From the NCBI RefSeq assembly GCF_009914755.1, contig NC_060947.1: 64,000 nt of DNA; one strand, given 5' to 3'. The notes under the pieces were generated by a model, which was not told where the DNA came from, made no database searches, and worked only from the letters and a program-made list of their open reading frames with translations. The translations under genes were made by a program, and so were the position numbers. Below are positions 1 through 13,365 of the stretch, piece after piece. How positions within the stretch are numbered: position 1 is the first letter of the stretch; every line of letters starts with the position of its first letter. Source of the stretch: the human T2T-CHM13v2.0 reference genome, Homo sapiens.

Positions 1-59
1 TTGTGCAAATGTATAGCCAAAAATTGTTATCAAAATACTCTCCTATAGAGACAGAATTT

Positions 60-950
60 GCCACAGAGAAAAACCATTAAAAAATGTAATGGATTTGACC
101 ACAAAAAAAACCTATGTACATGAATACCATAAATTAAAAAATAAAATATAAACAAAATTAAAAGGTAAAATACAAAATGGGGAAATATTTTCAACACATA
201 TAACAAAGAACTACTATTGTTAGCATGCAATAAGCTCTTATAAATTACTAAAAGACAAAAACTCCATTAGAAAAAAAAAATGGACAAAGACATAGAGAGG
301 CAATTCAAATAATCAGCCAGTTAAGGTTTGGGAAAACGTGGTCAAAATGCAAGTTGTAACAGCAATGAGCTATAATCCTTTGCATATCAAATTGGCAAAG
401 ATTGAAAACAATGTTAATCTCCAGTGTTGGCACATTGGTGAGAGTTCAAATAAACAGGCAACCACACTCTAGTGGTGGGAATTTAACATCTCTAACAATA
501 TTTATATAAAACCTTAAGATATTCAATCTTTGGCTTAGAAACCTCATTTCAAGTATGTATGGGGACTAATTATGGATATGTGTCAAGATTCAGCTATAAG
601 CTATTACTTACTTAAATAGTTGTATGTAATATGAAAAACTGGAAACAACCTAAATACTATAAAATTAGTTGCATGAAAAATACTATAAAATTAGTTGCAT
701 GAAAAATTAAGCTGTATAAGAATGCTAATGAATGTCAATATTCATAATATATTTTAAGTAAAAAAAGAAACTTTCCAGGTAGTATAAAATAAAATAAATT
801 ATTTTATAAATAAAAATACCCACATTCACAAAGTAATAGGACACAAAATGTTGACAGTGGTTATCACTAGATGATAATATAAACATTAATATTTTTTGCT
901 TACTTCGATTTTCTAAATTTTCTACAACAAGCATATAATACTGTGATAAA
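60..950 (+). mobile_element. Ancient, highly decayed L1M (L1ME-like) 3' portion
   Basis: A-rich sequence with degraded L1 ORF2-end/3'UTR motifs (aaaatggacaaagacat...aggcaattc; ctggaaacaacctaaat). Confidence 0.55.
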
Positions 951-1223
951 AACCTATTTTAAAAGTAGGCAAAGTGATTATATACACACATATGGTACAT
1001 ATTGCTCATTCTCTTAAATTATAAATTTAATATATTTGAAATTATAATGAAATAAAATGACAAATATTATGTTGTGTAAATTTCATTGTCCACTTGAATT
1101 AAGATTAAAAAAAAACAGCTTATCTGTCACTTCTCCATATTACCTAACATAACATTTAGTTATGTCTTTACAGGTTAAATGGATCATCATAATCCCAAAA
1201 GGCACCAGAGGACAAATCCAGGA

Positions 1224-2497
1224 TTTTTTAAATTTCATTAGTTTTGGGGGTACAGGTGGTTTTTGGTTACATGAATGAGTTCTTTAGTGGTGAATGCTGA
1301 AATTTTACTATACCCGTCATCTGAGAAGCACACACTATGCCCGATATATAGTCTTTCATCCCATATCCCCTTTCCAAACTCCACCCCTACGAGGCTCCAA
1401 AGTCCAGTATATCACTCTGTATGTCTTTGCATCCTCATAGCTTAGCTCCCACTTATAAGTGAGAATATACAGTATTTGGTTTTCCATTTCTGAGTTACTT
1501 CACTTAGAATAATGGCCTTCAGCTCCATCCAAGTTGTTGCAAATGACATTATTCCATTCCTTTTTATGGCTGAGTAGTATTTCATGGTGTATATACACTA
1601 CATTTTCTTTATCCACTCCTTGGTTGATAGGCACTTAGGTTGGTTCTATATCTTTGCCATTGTGAATTGTGCTGCTATAAACATGCGTGTACATATGTCT
1701 TTTTCACGTGTAATGACTTATTTTTCTTTGGGTAGATACCTAGTTGTGGGATTGCTGGATCGAAAGATAATTCTGCTTTAATTTTTAAAGGAATCTCCAT
1801 AGTGTTTTCTATAGTAGTTGTACAAACTTACATTCCCACCAGCAGTGTAAAAGTGTTTTATTTTCACCACATCCACACCAACATCTATTGTTTTTTTGAC
1901 TTTTTAATTATGGCCATTCTTGCAGGAGTGAAGTGGTATCACACTGTGGTTTTGAATTGTATTTCCCTGATGATTAGTGATGTTGAGTATTTTTTTCATA
2001 TGTTTGTTGGCTGCTTGTTTATCTTCTTTTGACAAATGTCTATTCATGTTCTTTGCCCACTTTTGGGTGGGATTTTTTGTTGTTGTTGTTGCTGGTTTGT
2101 TTGAGTTCCTTGTAGATTCTGTTTTTTTTTTTTTTTTTTTTTCAGATGCATACTTTCTGAATATTTTCTCCCACTCTGTGGGTTGTCCCACTCTCTGGGT
2201 TGTATACTCTTTTGATTACTTCTTTTCCTGTGCAGAAGCTTTGTAGTTTAATTAGGTCCCAATTATTTATTTTTGTTTTTGTTGCATTTGCTTTTGATAT
2301 CTTAGTCATTAATTATTTGCCTAAGGCAATGTCTAGAATAATTTTTCCAATGTAATCTTCTAGAATTTTTGTGGTTTCATGTCTTAGATTTAAGTCTTTG
2401 ATCCATCTTGAGTTGATTTTTGTGTAAGGTGAGAGATGAAGATATAGTTTCATTCTTCTACTTGTGGCTTGCCAGTTTTCCCAGCACCGTTTTTTAA
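1224..2497 (-). mobile_element. 5'-truncated L1PB-like LINE-1
   Basis: L1PB-type 3' end (ttttgggggtacaggtggtttttggttacatgaatgagttctttagtggtga). ORF2 C-terminal peptides in ORFs 1904-2191 and 2313-2528. Confidence 0.85.
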
Positions 2498-3778
2498 CTG
2501 TGTACAGAAAAGTTGTTGCCAAATACATATATATCTATTTTCAAGATGATTAAATGATGGAAAAATCCTCATGACTCTTAAATTGAAGTTTGTGTATAGA
2601 TGTGATGTAAAATGAGTACAATGTTATAGGGACAACTTACTTTGGCAGTAATTCAGTACAGAGAAAGCTAGAATACAGAGCAGAAAAAAGAGTGGCCTGG
2701 CAACAAGGAGACCATGGTTGCTTCTAATGCTAGACCAACTCCTTTCTTTTTCTGGGGGCTCAGTTCCCTTCCAGGTACAAAGGGTTTGTGACCACTAGGT
2801 AATCTGAAGGCTGCTCTTTTGAGGCCACTCCTTCTACCTTTTGGTAAGCTTTATATAATCCTTTTGGAGTTGTGGTATCTTTATCTCTTCATAAAATTAA
2901 GTCTCTAATGAACTTTTTCATTCACTCTCAGCACAGTGACGCATATGTAGTAGTCACTCAATACGTGTTTGTTAACTGCTGCTTTTGTTAGTATTTAGCT
3001 CTCACAAAGCTCATTTTGATGTCTAAACTCTTTGGTCTGTAGATAGGCAAACTGTCTTCTCTTTGGTCCTTACTGGATACATCAGCCTATTCTATTCATG
3101 TCAAACATGACACTTCTTTTAAAATTACCTTATGGATTCTGTTTTACTGTCTATACTTTCATCATCTTGACCTTTTTGTAGAGATCTTCTCTACTTGTAT
3201 TTATTTTAGAATAAACAAGTGTTTATATTAGTATCTTAATTGGTTTGGTCACCACTGAGTCCCTTAATTGGGGATTACTCATGTCAGTCCATCTACTGTA
3301 GAGGTGCTCCAGGCATCTCTCTGGGGTCTATTCCCTCATCTCTGAGTTAAGTTAGAGCAGGACTTGCAATTGGAGGATGATTAACAAGATGACCTAATAG
3401 CCCTGGTTCAGACTTGGCTAGAAAATTCCCAAGTTTCACATGTACCACTCATGTTTCATTGATTTTTATTTTCAAAAGCAATAACTAAAAAATACAAATG
3501 CAGTCAATAAATATTTGTAGAAATTTTTATACAGTTGATCATTTGCATTAAGAATCACTTTTAGAATAGTCTGAATTTTCTCAAGGACTTAATGATCATA
3601 TCTTTGGTGGGAGATGACAACCACCCCGCACTCCCTTACACACATACACTGGGTTTCTGGGGCAAGAAAATTGACTGATTACTCATTGTCTAGAAGTGCA
3701 ATATTGTCAATGCTTGAGACTACCAAGAACATTCAGTAAAACTTGTTTGCAATACTGTTGACTATTGAGAAGGGAGAG

Positions 3779-4216
3779 TATGTTAGTTTTCTAAGGATGC
3801 TGTAACAAATTTCCACAAACTGTGTGACTTAAAATAACATAAATTTATTCTTCACAGTTCTGGAGGTTAGAAGTGTGAAATCAAGGTGTCAACATGCCCT
3901 CTTTGAAGGCTTTAGGAAATAGTCCTTATTCATCTCTGCTAGCTTCTGGGGGCTGTTGGCAATTCTTTCTAATATCTGGCTTTTAGATGCATCATCACTT
4001 CAATCTCTGCCTCTGACTTCACATTGCATTTTTTCCTATGTGTCAGTGTCTCTGTGTCTGGGTTAGGGCTACCAGTCATTGGGTTAGGGCCTACTCTAAT
4101 CCAGTATTACCTTAATTTACTTTATCATGTCTGCAAAAACTCTATTTTCAAATAAGGTCATATTCACAGGTTCTAGAGAGATATGAATTTATTGGAACAC
4201 TAGTCAAACCAATACA
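3779..4216 (-). mobile_element. MLT1 (ERVL-MaLR) solo LTR
   Basis: Typical MLT1 motifs: ttagttttctaaggatgctgtaacaaat...cagttctggagg...aaatcaaggtgtc...aaataaggtcatattcacaggttc. Confidence 0.8.
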
Positions 4217-4582
4217 GACAGCTTAGTATATTGTGAAGTTGAATTAAGTAGAATGCAAGGATATTGTTGCTGGGAAAATACAGCTGGGTGACTATCAGTG
4301 AGTCACTTAACCTTTCTTGAGAAATAATACCTTCTGTCAAGATTAGTTATCTGTAGCCATTCATTGGCCTTAAAATATTCGAATGGAACTGTAGAATTGG
4401 CTTAATTTTTTGGACATGACTTGATAGTGTAGGCCCTTTTAACCTGTTTGTGTATAGTAGTATTACAAATGGAAACACAGCCTTCCCCTTTCAAGTGTGT
4501 TAGCCATGTATTGGGTTGATAACAGACCTAAACCCCAGCCTTTCACCACAACATTTACATTGATGCATAAAATGTTTTTATC

Positions 4583-4965
<383 letters not shown>

Positions 4966-5690
4966 CTATATAATGGTGTAAATGAATAATACAACAGATC
5001 CTGTCCTAAGGAAAGATTTTGATATGCAGCAGGAGTTTGGGTGGGAACTTAAAAATTATGGATGACAAAAGGAAAGCAAAGATGAAAGAAAAAGGCATAG
5101 AAGAGGAGAATTGGTGGTAATGGCAGGAGTGGAGGTGGGGATACATAGAGTAACAACAACAATCACTATCAGCACCATGTGCCACACACTTCTCTCAATG
5201 TTTCACATGTGTTATTTCATTTCTTCCTTGCAAAAACCCTATGAAGTAACTGTTAATATTATTTTCATCTTCTTGAATGTGTGTGTGCATTCTCTTTTAT
5301 TTCACACATTCATATTAAATTTAGCAGATGTGAGAAGCAATTTGTAAATACACACGCATATCTATAACAGTCTCAGGAAAGCTTTTCTCAAGGAAAAGAC
5401 ACTTGTAAGATTATTGCAAATCAAATAAACTCTTAACATATTTTCATATTTTGACAACAAACATCTGTTGTGTCAGCCAGTATGCTGTCACAGAGGTTAA
5501 GAAATGGATAAGAAAATATCCCATACTATCCATTAACCCCACATGGATCTCAAGTCCATTCATTCTATCTTCTTTCCATTTTCCCTCACCTGCTGATATC
5601 CTGACTCCATGCCTTGCCTCACTAATATTCTCTGGTTTATCATTATAATCACCTTTTTTTTAAAACCTTTACTTATTTTCCCTTGCTGTT

Positions 5691-5722
<32 letters not shown>
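5691..5722. repeat. (TTG)n microsatellite
   Basis: About 10 perfect TTG units. Produces the poly-Q in ORF 5673-5864. Confidence 0.9.
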
Positions 5723-6926
5723 CCAGGTTTGGCAGAACTAGAAGGATTGTAGGTTTCAAAGGTGTATGCATTTGCTGAGTTAGAATGAAATGTTTAGTGT
5801 CACATTTTTGTGTAGCTATGAAAACTTTGATTTGATTTCCCTGATCATTAGTGATGTGGAGCATCTTTTCATAGGCAATTTATATATCTTCTTTTGAGTA
5901 TTGTCTATTCATATCCTTAGCCCACTTTTTAGTGGGATTGTTTGTTTTTTTCTTGCTGACTTGTTTGAGTTCTTTGTAGATTATGGATATTACTCCTTTG
6001 TTGGATGTATAGATTGTAATTTTCTCCCACTCTGTGAGTTGTCTCTTAACTCTGCTGATTATTTCTTTTGCTGTGCAGAAGATTTTTAATTTAATTAATT
6101 CCCATCTATTTATCTTCGTTTTTTTTGCATTTGCTTTTGGCTCTTTGGTCATGAAATCTTTGCCTAAGCTAATGTCTAGAAGAGTTTTTCCAATGTTATC
6201 TTCTAGAATCCTTATGGTTTTAGGTCTTAGATTTAAGTCTTTGATCAATCTTGAGTTGATTTTTGTAAAAGTTCAGAGATGAGGATCAAGTTTCATTCTC
6301 CTACATGTGGCTTGCCAATTATCTGAGTACCATTTGTTGAACAGGGTGTCCTATCCCCACTTTATGTTTTTGTTTGCTTTGTCAAAGCTGAGTTGGTTGT
6401 GAGTATTTGGCTTTATTTCTGGGTTCTCTATTCTGTTCCATTGGTCTATGTGCCTATTTTTATACCAGTACCATGCTGTTTTGGTGACTATGGCCTTCCA
6501 GTAAAGTTTGAAGTTGGCTAATGTGATGCCTCCAGATTTGTTCTTTTTGCTTAGTCTTTCTTTGGCTACACAGGCTCTTTTTTGGTTCCATATGAGTTTT
6601 AGGATTTTTTTTCTAGTTCCATGAAGAATGATGACGGTATTTTGATGGGAATTGCATTAAATTTGTAGACTGCTTTTGGCAGTATGGTCATTTTCACAAT
6701 ATTGATTCTACTCATCTATGAGCATGGGATGTGTTTCCATTTGTTGGTGTAATCTGTCGTTTCTTTTAGCAGTGTCTTGTCATTTTCCTTGTAGAGGTCT
6801 TTCACCTCCTTGGTTACGTATATTCTGAAGTATTTTATATATTTTGTTTTGCAGGTATTATAAAAGGGCTTGAGTTCTTTTTTATTTCTTTTTTTAAATG
6901 ATGGAACAGGTAATTAGGTGTATCTT

Positions 6927-7377
6927 ATTTTATTTTATTTTTTATACTTTAAGTTCTAGGGTGCATGTGCACAATGTGGAGGTTTGTTACATATGTATAC
7001 ATGTGCCATGTTGGTGTGCTGCACCCATTAACTCATCATTTACATTAGTTATATCTCCTAATACTATCCCTCCCTGCTCCCCCTACCCCACAACAGGCCC
7101 CGGTGTGTGATGTTCCCCTTCCTGTGTCCAAGTGTTCTCATTGTTCAATTCTCACCTATGAGTGACAACATGTGGTGTTTGGTTTTCTGTCCTTGTGATA
7201 GTTTGCTGAGAATGATGGTTTCCAGCTTCATCCATGTCCCTACAAAGGACATGAACTCATCCTTTTTTATGGCTGCATAGTATTCCATGGTGTATATGTG
7301 CCACATTTTCTTAATGCAGTCTGTCATTGATGGACATTTGGGTTGGTTCCAAGTCTTTGCTATTGTGAATAGTACCG
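6927..7377 (-). mobile_element. Short 5'-truncated L1PA 3' end
   Basis: tttatactttaagttctagggtgcatgtgcacaatgtg... L1PA 3'UTR. ORF 7145-7327 is the ORF2 C-terminus. Confidence 0.9.
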
Positions 7378-7380
7378 TTG

Positions 7381-10300
7381 TATTTTTTTTTAAATTTTAC
7401 TTTAAGTTCTGGGATACATGTGCAGAACATGCAGGTTTGTTACATATGTATACATGTGCCATGGTGGTTTTCTGCACCTATGAACATGGCATCTAGGTTT
7501 TAAGCCCTGCATGCATTAGCTATTTGTCCTAATGCTCTCCCTCCCCTTGCCCCCTCAGGGGGGGCCCTGAGAGGCCCCGGTGTGTAATGTTCTCCTCCCT
7601 GTGTCCATGTGTTCTACTTGTTCAACTCCCATCAATAAGTGAGAAGATATGGTGTTTGGTTTTCTGTTCCTGTGTTAGTTTGCTGAGAATGATGGCTTCT
7701 AGCTTCATCCATGTCCCTGCAAAGGACATTAACTCATTATTTTATGTGACTGCATAGTATTCCATGGTGTATATGTGCCACATTTTCTTTATCCAGCCTA
7801 TCATTGATGAGCATTTGGGTTGGTTACAAGTCTTTGCTATTGTAAATAATGCTGCAGTAAACATACGTTTGTAGGAGATCAGTCAGGGTGTTGGGAGAAA
7901 GTGTAGGAAAAGAAGCAGACCTTCTTGGAAGGCCAGGTGGTTTTGCAAAAGCTTCAAAAGATAATTTGGCTGAAGGCAGCTGAATTTTCTGAGTAGATAA
8001 CAAGAAAGTGTAAGGGAATTGATCTAGATAAGTTCGTTTACTTAGGCCTTGGAACCTGGCCTTTAATCATCTGCACAGGATTGCTCTCTGGGGGTGGGGG
8101 TGAGGGGGTGGGGGGGGGCGACCATGTTAATTACATGCAAGTGTGTTGATTCAAGGCCTTTGTCATTAAATCTGTACAGAATAAATGCCCGCAGTGCCGG
8201 CTTGTCGGGCCACGGCTGCTACAACTCTTTCTGTGAGCGGCCTGGTCCCCTAGTCCACTCTTTCACTGGTTACATGTATCTGAGTGCATTTTTTCATCCG
8301 TCTTTCAGCCAGGGTCTGTGGGTCAGATCTGGCAGTGTGATGCCTCCAGCTTTGTTCTTTTGCTTAGGATGGTTTTGGCTATACAAACTTTTTTGGTTCC
8401 ATATTAATTTTGTAGTAGTTTTTTTTTTCCTAATTCTGCAGAGAAAGTCAATGTAGCTTAATGGGAATAGCATTGATCTACAAATTACTTTGGGAATTAT
8501 GGCCATTTTCATGATATTGATTCTTCCTATCCATGAGCATGGAATGTTTTTCCATTTGCTTGTGTCCTCTCTTATTTCATTGAGCAGTAGTTTGTAGTTC
8601 TCCTTGAAGAGATCCCTCACGTCCCTTGTAAGTTGTATTCCTAGGTATTTTATTCTCTTTTTCACAATTGTGAATGGGAGTTTACTCATGATTTGGCTCT
8701 CTGCTTGTCTATTGTTGGGGTGTGGGAATGCTTGTGATTTTTGCACATTGATTTTGTATCCTGAGATTTTGCTGAAGTTTCTTATCAGCTTAAAAATTTT
8801 TTGGGCTGAGACGATGGGGTTTTCTAAATATACAATCATGTCTTCTGCAAACAGAGACAATTTCACTTCCTCTCTTTCTATATGAATATCTTTATTTCTT
8901 TCTCTTTCTTGATTGCCCTGTCCAGAACTTCCAACACTATGTTGAATAGGAGTGGTAAGAGAGGGCATCCTTGTCTTGTGCTCATTTTTAAAGGGAATGC
9001 TTTCAGCTTTTGCCCATTCAGTGTGATGTTGGCATGGGTTTGTCATAAGTAGCTCTTATTATGTTGAGATATGTTCCATCAATGCCTAGTTTATTAAGAG
9101 TTTTTAGCATGAAGCACTGTGAATTTTATCAAAGGCCTTTTCTGTATAATTGAGATAATCATTTTTTTTGTCATTGGTTCTGTTTACATGATGAAGTATG
9201 TTTATTGATTTGCACATGTTGAACAAGCCTTGTATCCCATTGATGAAGCCGACTTGATTGTGTTGATAAGCTTTTTGATGTGCTGCTGGATTAGGTTTGC
9301 CAGTATTTTTATTGAGGATTTCTGCATTGATGTTCATCAGGGATATTGGCCTAAATTTTTCTTTTTTTGTTGTGTCTCTGCCAGCTTTTGGTATCAGGAT
9401 GATGCTGGCCTCATAAAATGAGTTTGGGAGTAGTCCTTCTTTTTCTATCATTTGAAATAGTTTCAGAAAGAATGGTACCAGCTCCTCTTTGTACCTCTGG
9501 TAGAATTTGGCTGTGAATCCCTCAGGTCCTGGGCTTTTTTTGGATTGGTAGGCTATTAATTACTGCCTCAATTTCAGAACTTGTTTTTGGTCTATTCAGG
9601 AATTTCACTTCTTTCTGGGTTAGTCTTGGGAGGGTATATGTGTCCAGGAATTTATCCACCTCTTCTAGATTTTCTAGTTTATTTGCATAGAGGTGTTTAT
9701 AGTACTCTCTGATGGTAGTTTGTATTTCTGTGGGATCAGTGGTGATACCTTCTTTATCATTTTTTATTGTGTTTATTTGATTCTTCTCTTGTTTCTTGTT
9801 TATTAGTCTAGCTAGAGGTCTATTTATTTTGTTAACTTTTTCAAAAAACAAACTCCTGGATTCATTGATTGTTTTTGAAGTGTATTTCATGTCTCTGTCT
9901 CCTTCAGTTCTACTCTGATCTTAGTTATATCTTGTCTTCTGCTAGCTTTTGAATTTGTTTGCTCTTGCTTCTCGATTTCTTTCAATTGTGATGTTAGGGT
10001 GTTGATTTCAGATCTTGCCAGCTTTCTAATATGGGCATTTAGTGCTATAAATTTTCCTCTTAACCCTGCTTTAGCTGTGTCTCAGAGATTCTGGTATGTT
10101 GTCTCTTTGTTCTCATTGGTTTTGAAGATCTTCTTTATTTCTGCCTTAATTTCATTATTTACCCAGAAGTCACTCAGGAATGGGTTGTTCAATTTCCATG
10201 TAGTTGTGAGGTTTTGAGTGAGTTTCTTAATCCTGAGTTCTAATTTGATTGCACTGTTGTCTAAGAGACTGTTTGTTATGACTTCCATATTTTTTGCATT

Positions 10301-13300
10301 TGCTGAGGGGTGTTTTACTTCCAATTATGTGGTCAATTTTAGAATAAGTGCCATGTGGCACTGAGAAGTATGTATATTCTGTTGATTTGTTTGAAGAGTT
10401 CTGTAGATGTCTATTAAGTCTACTTGATACAGAGCTGAGTTGAAGTCCCAAATATTCTTGTTAATTTTCTGTTTCATTGATCTTTCTAATATTGACAGTG
10501 GCATGTTAAAATCTCCACTATTATTATGTGAGAGTCTAAGTCTTTTTGTAGGTCTCTAGGAACTTGTTTTATGAATCTGGGTGCTCCTGTATTGAGTGCA
10601 TCTATATTTAGGATAGTTAACACTTCTTGTTGCCTTTATCCCTTTACCATTATATAATGCCCTCCTTTGTCTTTTTTTTTTTTTTTTATCTTTGTTGGTT
10701 TAAAGTCTGTTTTATCAGAGACTAGGATTGCAACCCCTCCTTTTTTTTTTTTTTTTGCTTTACATTTGCTTGGTAAATATTCCTCCATCCCTTCATTTTG
10801 AGCATATGTGTGTCTTTGTACATGAGATGGGTCTCCTGAATACAATACACTAATGGGTCTTGACTCTTTATCCAATTTGCCATCCTGTGTCTTAATTGGG
10901 GCATTTAGCCCATTTACATTTAAGATTAATATTGTTATGTGTGAATTTGATCCTGTCATCATGATGCTAGCTGGTTATTTTGCACATTAGTTGCAGTTTC
11001 TTCATAGTGCTTTTGCTCTTTATATTTTAGTGTGTTTTGCAGTGGCTTGTACTGATTTTTTTTTCTTCCATAGTTAGTGCTTCCTTCAGGAGCTCTTGTA
11101 AGGCAGGACTGGTGGTGACAAAATCTCTCAGCATTTGCTTGTCTGAAAAGGATTTCATTTCTCCTTCACTTATGCAGCTTAGTTTGGCTGGATATGAAAT
11201 TTTGGGTTGAACATTCTTTTCTTGAAGAATGTTGAATATTGGCCCCCAATCTCTTCTAGCTTGTAGGGTTTCTGCAGAAAGACCTACTGTTAGTTTGATG
11301 GGCTTCCCTTTGTAGGTGACCTGACCTTTCTCTCTGGCTGCACTTAACATTTTTTCCTTCATTTCAACCTTGAAGAATCTGATGATTATGTATCTTGGGG
11401 TTGTTCTTCTCGAGTAGTATCTTAGTGGTGTTCTCTGTATTTCCTGAATCTGAATGTTGACCTGTCTTGCTAGGTTGGGGAAGTTCTCCTGGATAATATC
11501 CTGAAATGTGTTTTCCAACTTCCTTCCGTTCTTCACATCACTTTCAGGCACACTAGTCAGTCTTAGGTTTGGTCTTTTCACATAGTCTCATATTCCTTGA
11601 AGTCTCGTTTTCATTCTTTTTTCTCTAATCTTGTCTTCCCACCTTATTTCAGCAAGCTGATCTTCAATCTCGATATTCTTTCTTCCACTTGATCAATTCA
11701 GCTATTGATACTTGTGTATGCTTTATGAAGTTCTCATGCTGTGTTTTTCAGCTCCGTCAGGTCATTTATGTTCCTCTCTAAACTGGTTATTCTAGTTAGC
11801 AGTTTCCGTAACATTTTATCAATGTTCTTAGCTTCCTTGCATTGGGTTAGAACATGCTCCTTTAGCTCAGAAGAGTTTGTTATTACCCACTTTCAGAAGC
11901 CTACTTCTTTCAATTCATCAATGTCATTCTCTGTCCTTGCTGGAGAGAAGTTGCGATCATTTGGAGCAGAAGACTCATTCTGGTTTTTTGAATTTTCAGC
12001 GTCTTTGCACTGGCATTTCCTCATCTTTGTGGATTTATCTACTTTTGATTTTTGAGGCTGATGACCTTTAGATGGGGTCTTTGTGTGGTTGTCTTTTTTG
12101 TTGATGTTGATGTTGTTGCTTTCTGTTTATTATTTTATGTTTTAACAGTCAGATCTCTCTTCTGCAGATCTGCTGCAGTTTGCTGGTGGTCCACTCCTGA
12201 ACCTGTTCACCTTGGTATCACCAGTGGAGGCTGCAGAACAGCAAAGATTGCTGCCTGCTCCTTCCTCTGGAAGCTTAGTCCCAGAGGGACACTGGCCTGA
12301 TGCCAGCTGGAGCTCTCCTGTAAGAGGTGTCTTTTGACCCCTGTTGGGAAGTCTCTCCCAGTCATGAGGCACAAGTGTCAGGGACCCACTTGAGGAGGCA
12401 GTCTGTCCCTTAGCAGAGTTGGTGTGCTGTGCTGGAAGAATCCCCCTTGTCAGGATCAGCTGCTCTCTTCAGCACTGGCAGGCAAAAAAGATTAAGTCCA
12501 CTGAAGCTGTGCCCACAGCTGCCCCTCCCCGCTCTGTCTCAGGGAGATTAAAGTTTTATCTGTAACCCCCTGACTGGGACTGCTGCATTTGCTTCAGAGA
12601 TGCCCTGCCAAGTGAGAAGGAATCTAGAGAAGCAATCTGGCCACAGCTGCTTTATTGTGCTGTGGTAAATTATGCTCAGTCCAAACCTCCCAGTCTCCCT
12701 AGCACGGTCGGGTGGGAACCACCTACTAAAGCATCAGTAATGGCAGATGCCCCTCTCCCACCAAGCTCAATCATCCCAGGTCAACTCCAGACTGCTGTCC
12801 TGGGATTGAGAATTTCAAGCCAGTGGATCTTAGCTTGCTGGGATCTGTGGGGGTGGGATCCACTGAGCTATACCCCTTGGCTCCCTGGCTTCAGCCCCCT
12901 TTCCAGGGGAGTGAATGGTTCTGTCTCACTGGGCTTCCAGGCACCACTGGGGTATGAAAAAAACTCCTGCAGCTAGCTCAGTGTCTGCCCAAACAGTCAC
13001 TCAGTTTTGTGTTTGAAACCCAGGGCCCTGGTGATATAGATGGTATAGGCTCATGAGGGAATCTCCTGATCTGTAGATTGCAGAAAACCGTGGGAAAAGA
13101 GTATTACCCAGGCCAGGTAGTACAGTCCCTCATGGCTTCTCTTGGCTGGCGGAGGGAGGTCCCCTCACTCCTTGCACTTCTCTGGTGAAGTAACGCCCCA
13201 CCCTGCTTCTGCTCACTTTCCATGGGCTGTACCCACTGCCTAACCAGTCCCAATGAGATGAACTGGGTACCTCAGTTGGAAAGGCAGAAATCACCCACCT

Positions 13301-13365
13301 TCTGCATTGGTCTCACTGGGAGCTGCAGACCACAGCTATTTCTATTTGGCCATATTGGCCCCTCT
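7381..13365 (-). mobile_element. Near full-length L1PA (L1PA7/8-like) with 5'UTR, ORF1 and decayed ORF2
   Basis: ORF1p peptide (11027-11581), ORF2 start MTGSNSHITI (10962), RT fragments (8294-9890), 5'UTR ending ctatttggccatattggcccctct at 13365. Multiple frameshifts. Confidence 0.9.
7870..8334 (+). mobile_element. Solo LTR, LTR22-like (HERV-K22/HML-5)
   Basis: TG...CA termini (tgtaggagatcagtcagggtg...ggtcagatctggca) with an internal AATAAA near 8180. Family assigned from recalled consensus. Confidence 0.7.

Noticed and set aside
652-707. 26-bp two-copy tandem repeat (similar 31-bp repeat at 38101-38163)
   Set aside because: Ordinary slippage duplications within decayed L1.
5673-5864. Poly-glutamine ORF
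   Set aside because: Just a (TTG)n microsatellite next to an L1 fragment.
8294-11581. L1 ORF1/ORF2 fragments as functional genes
   Set aside because: Broken by many stops and frameshifts and a ~1-kb deletion. Not retrotransposition-competent.
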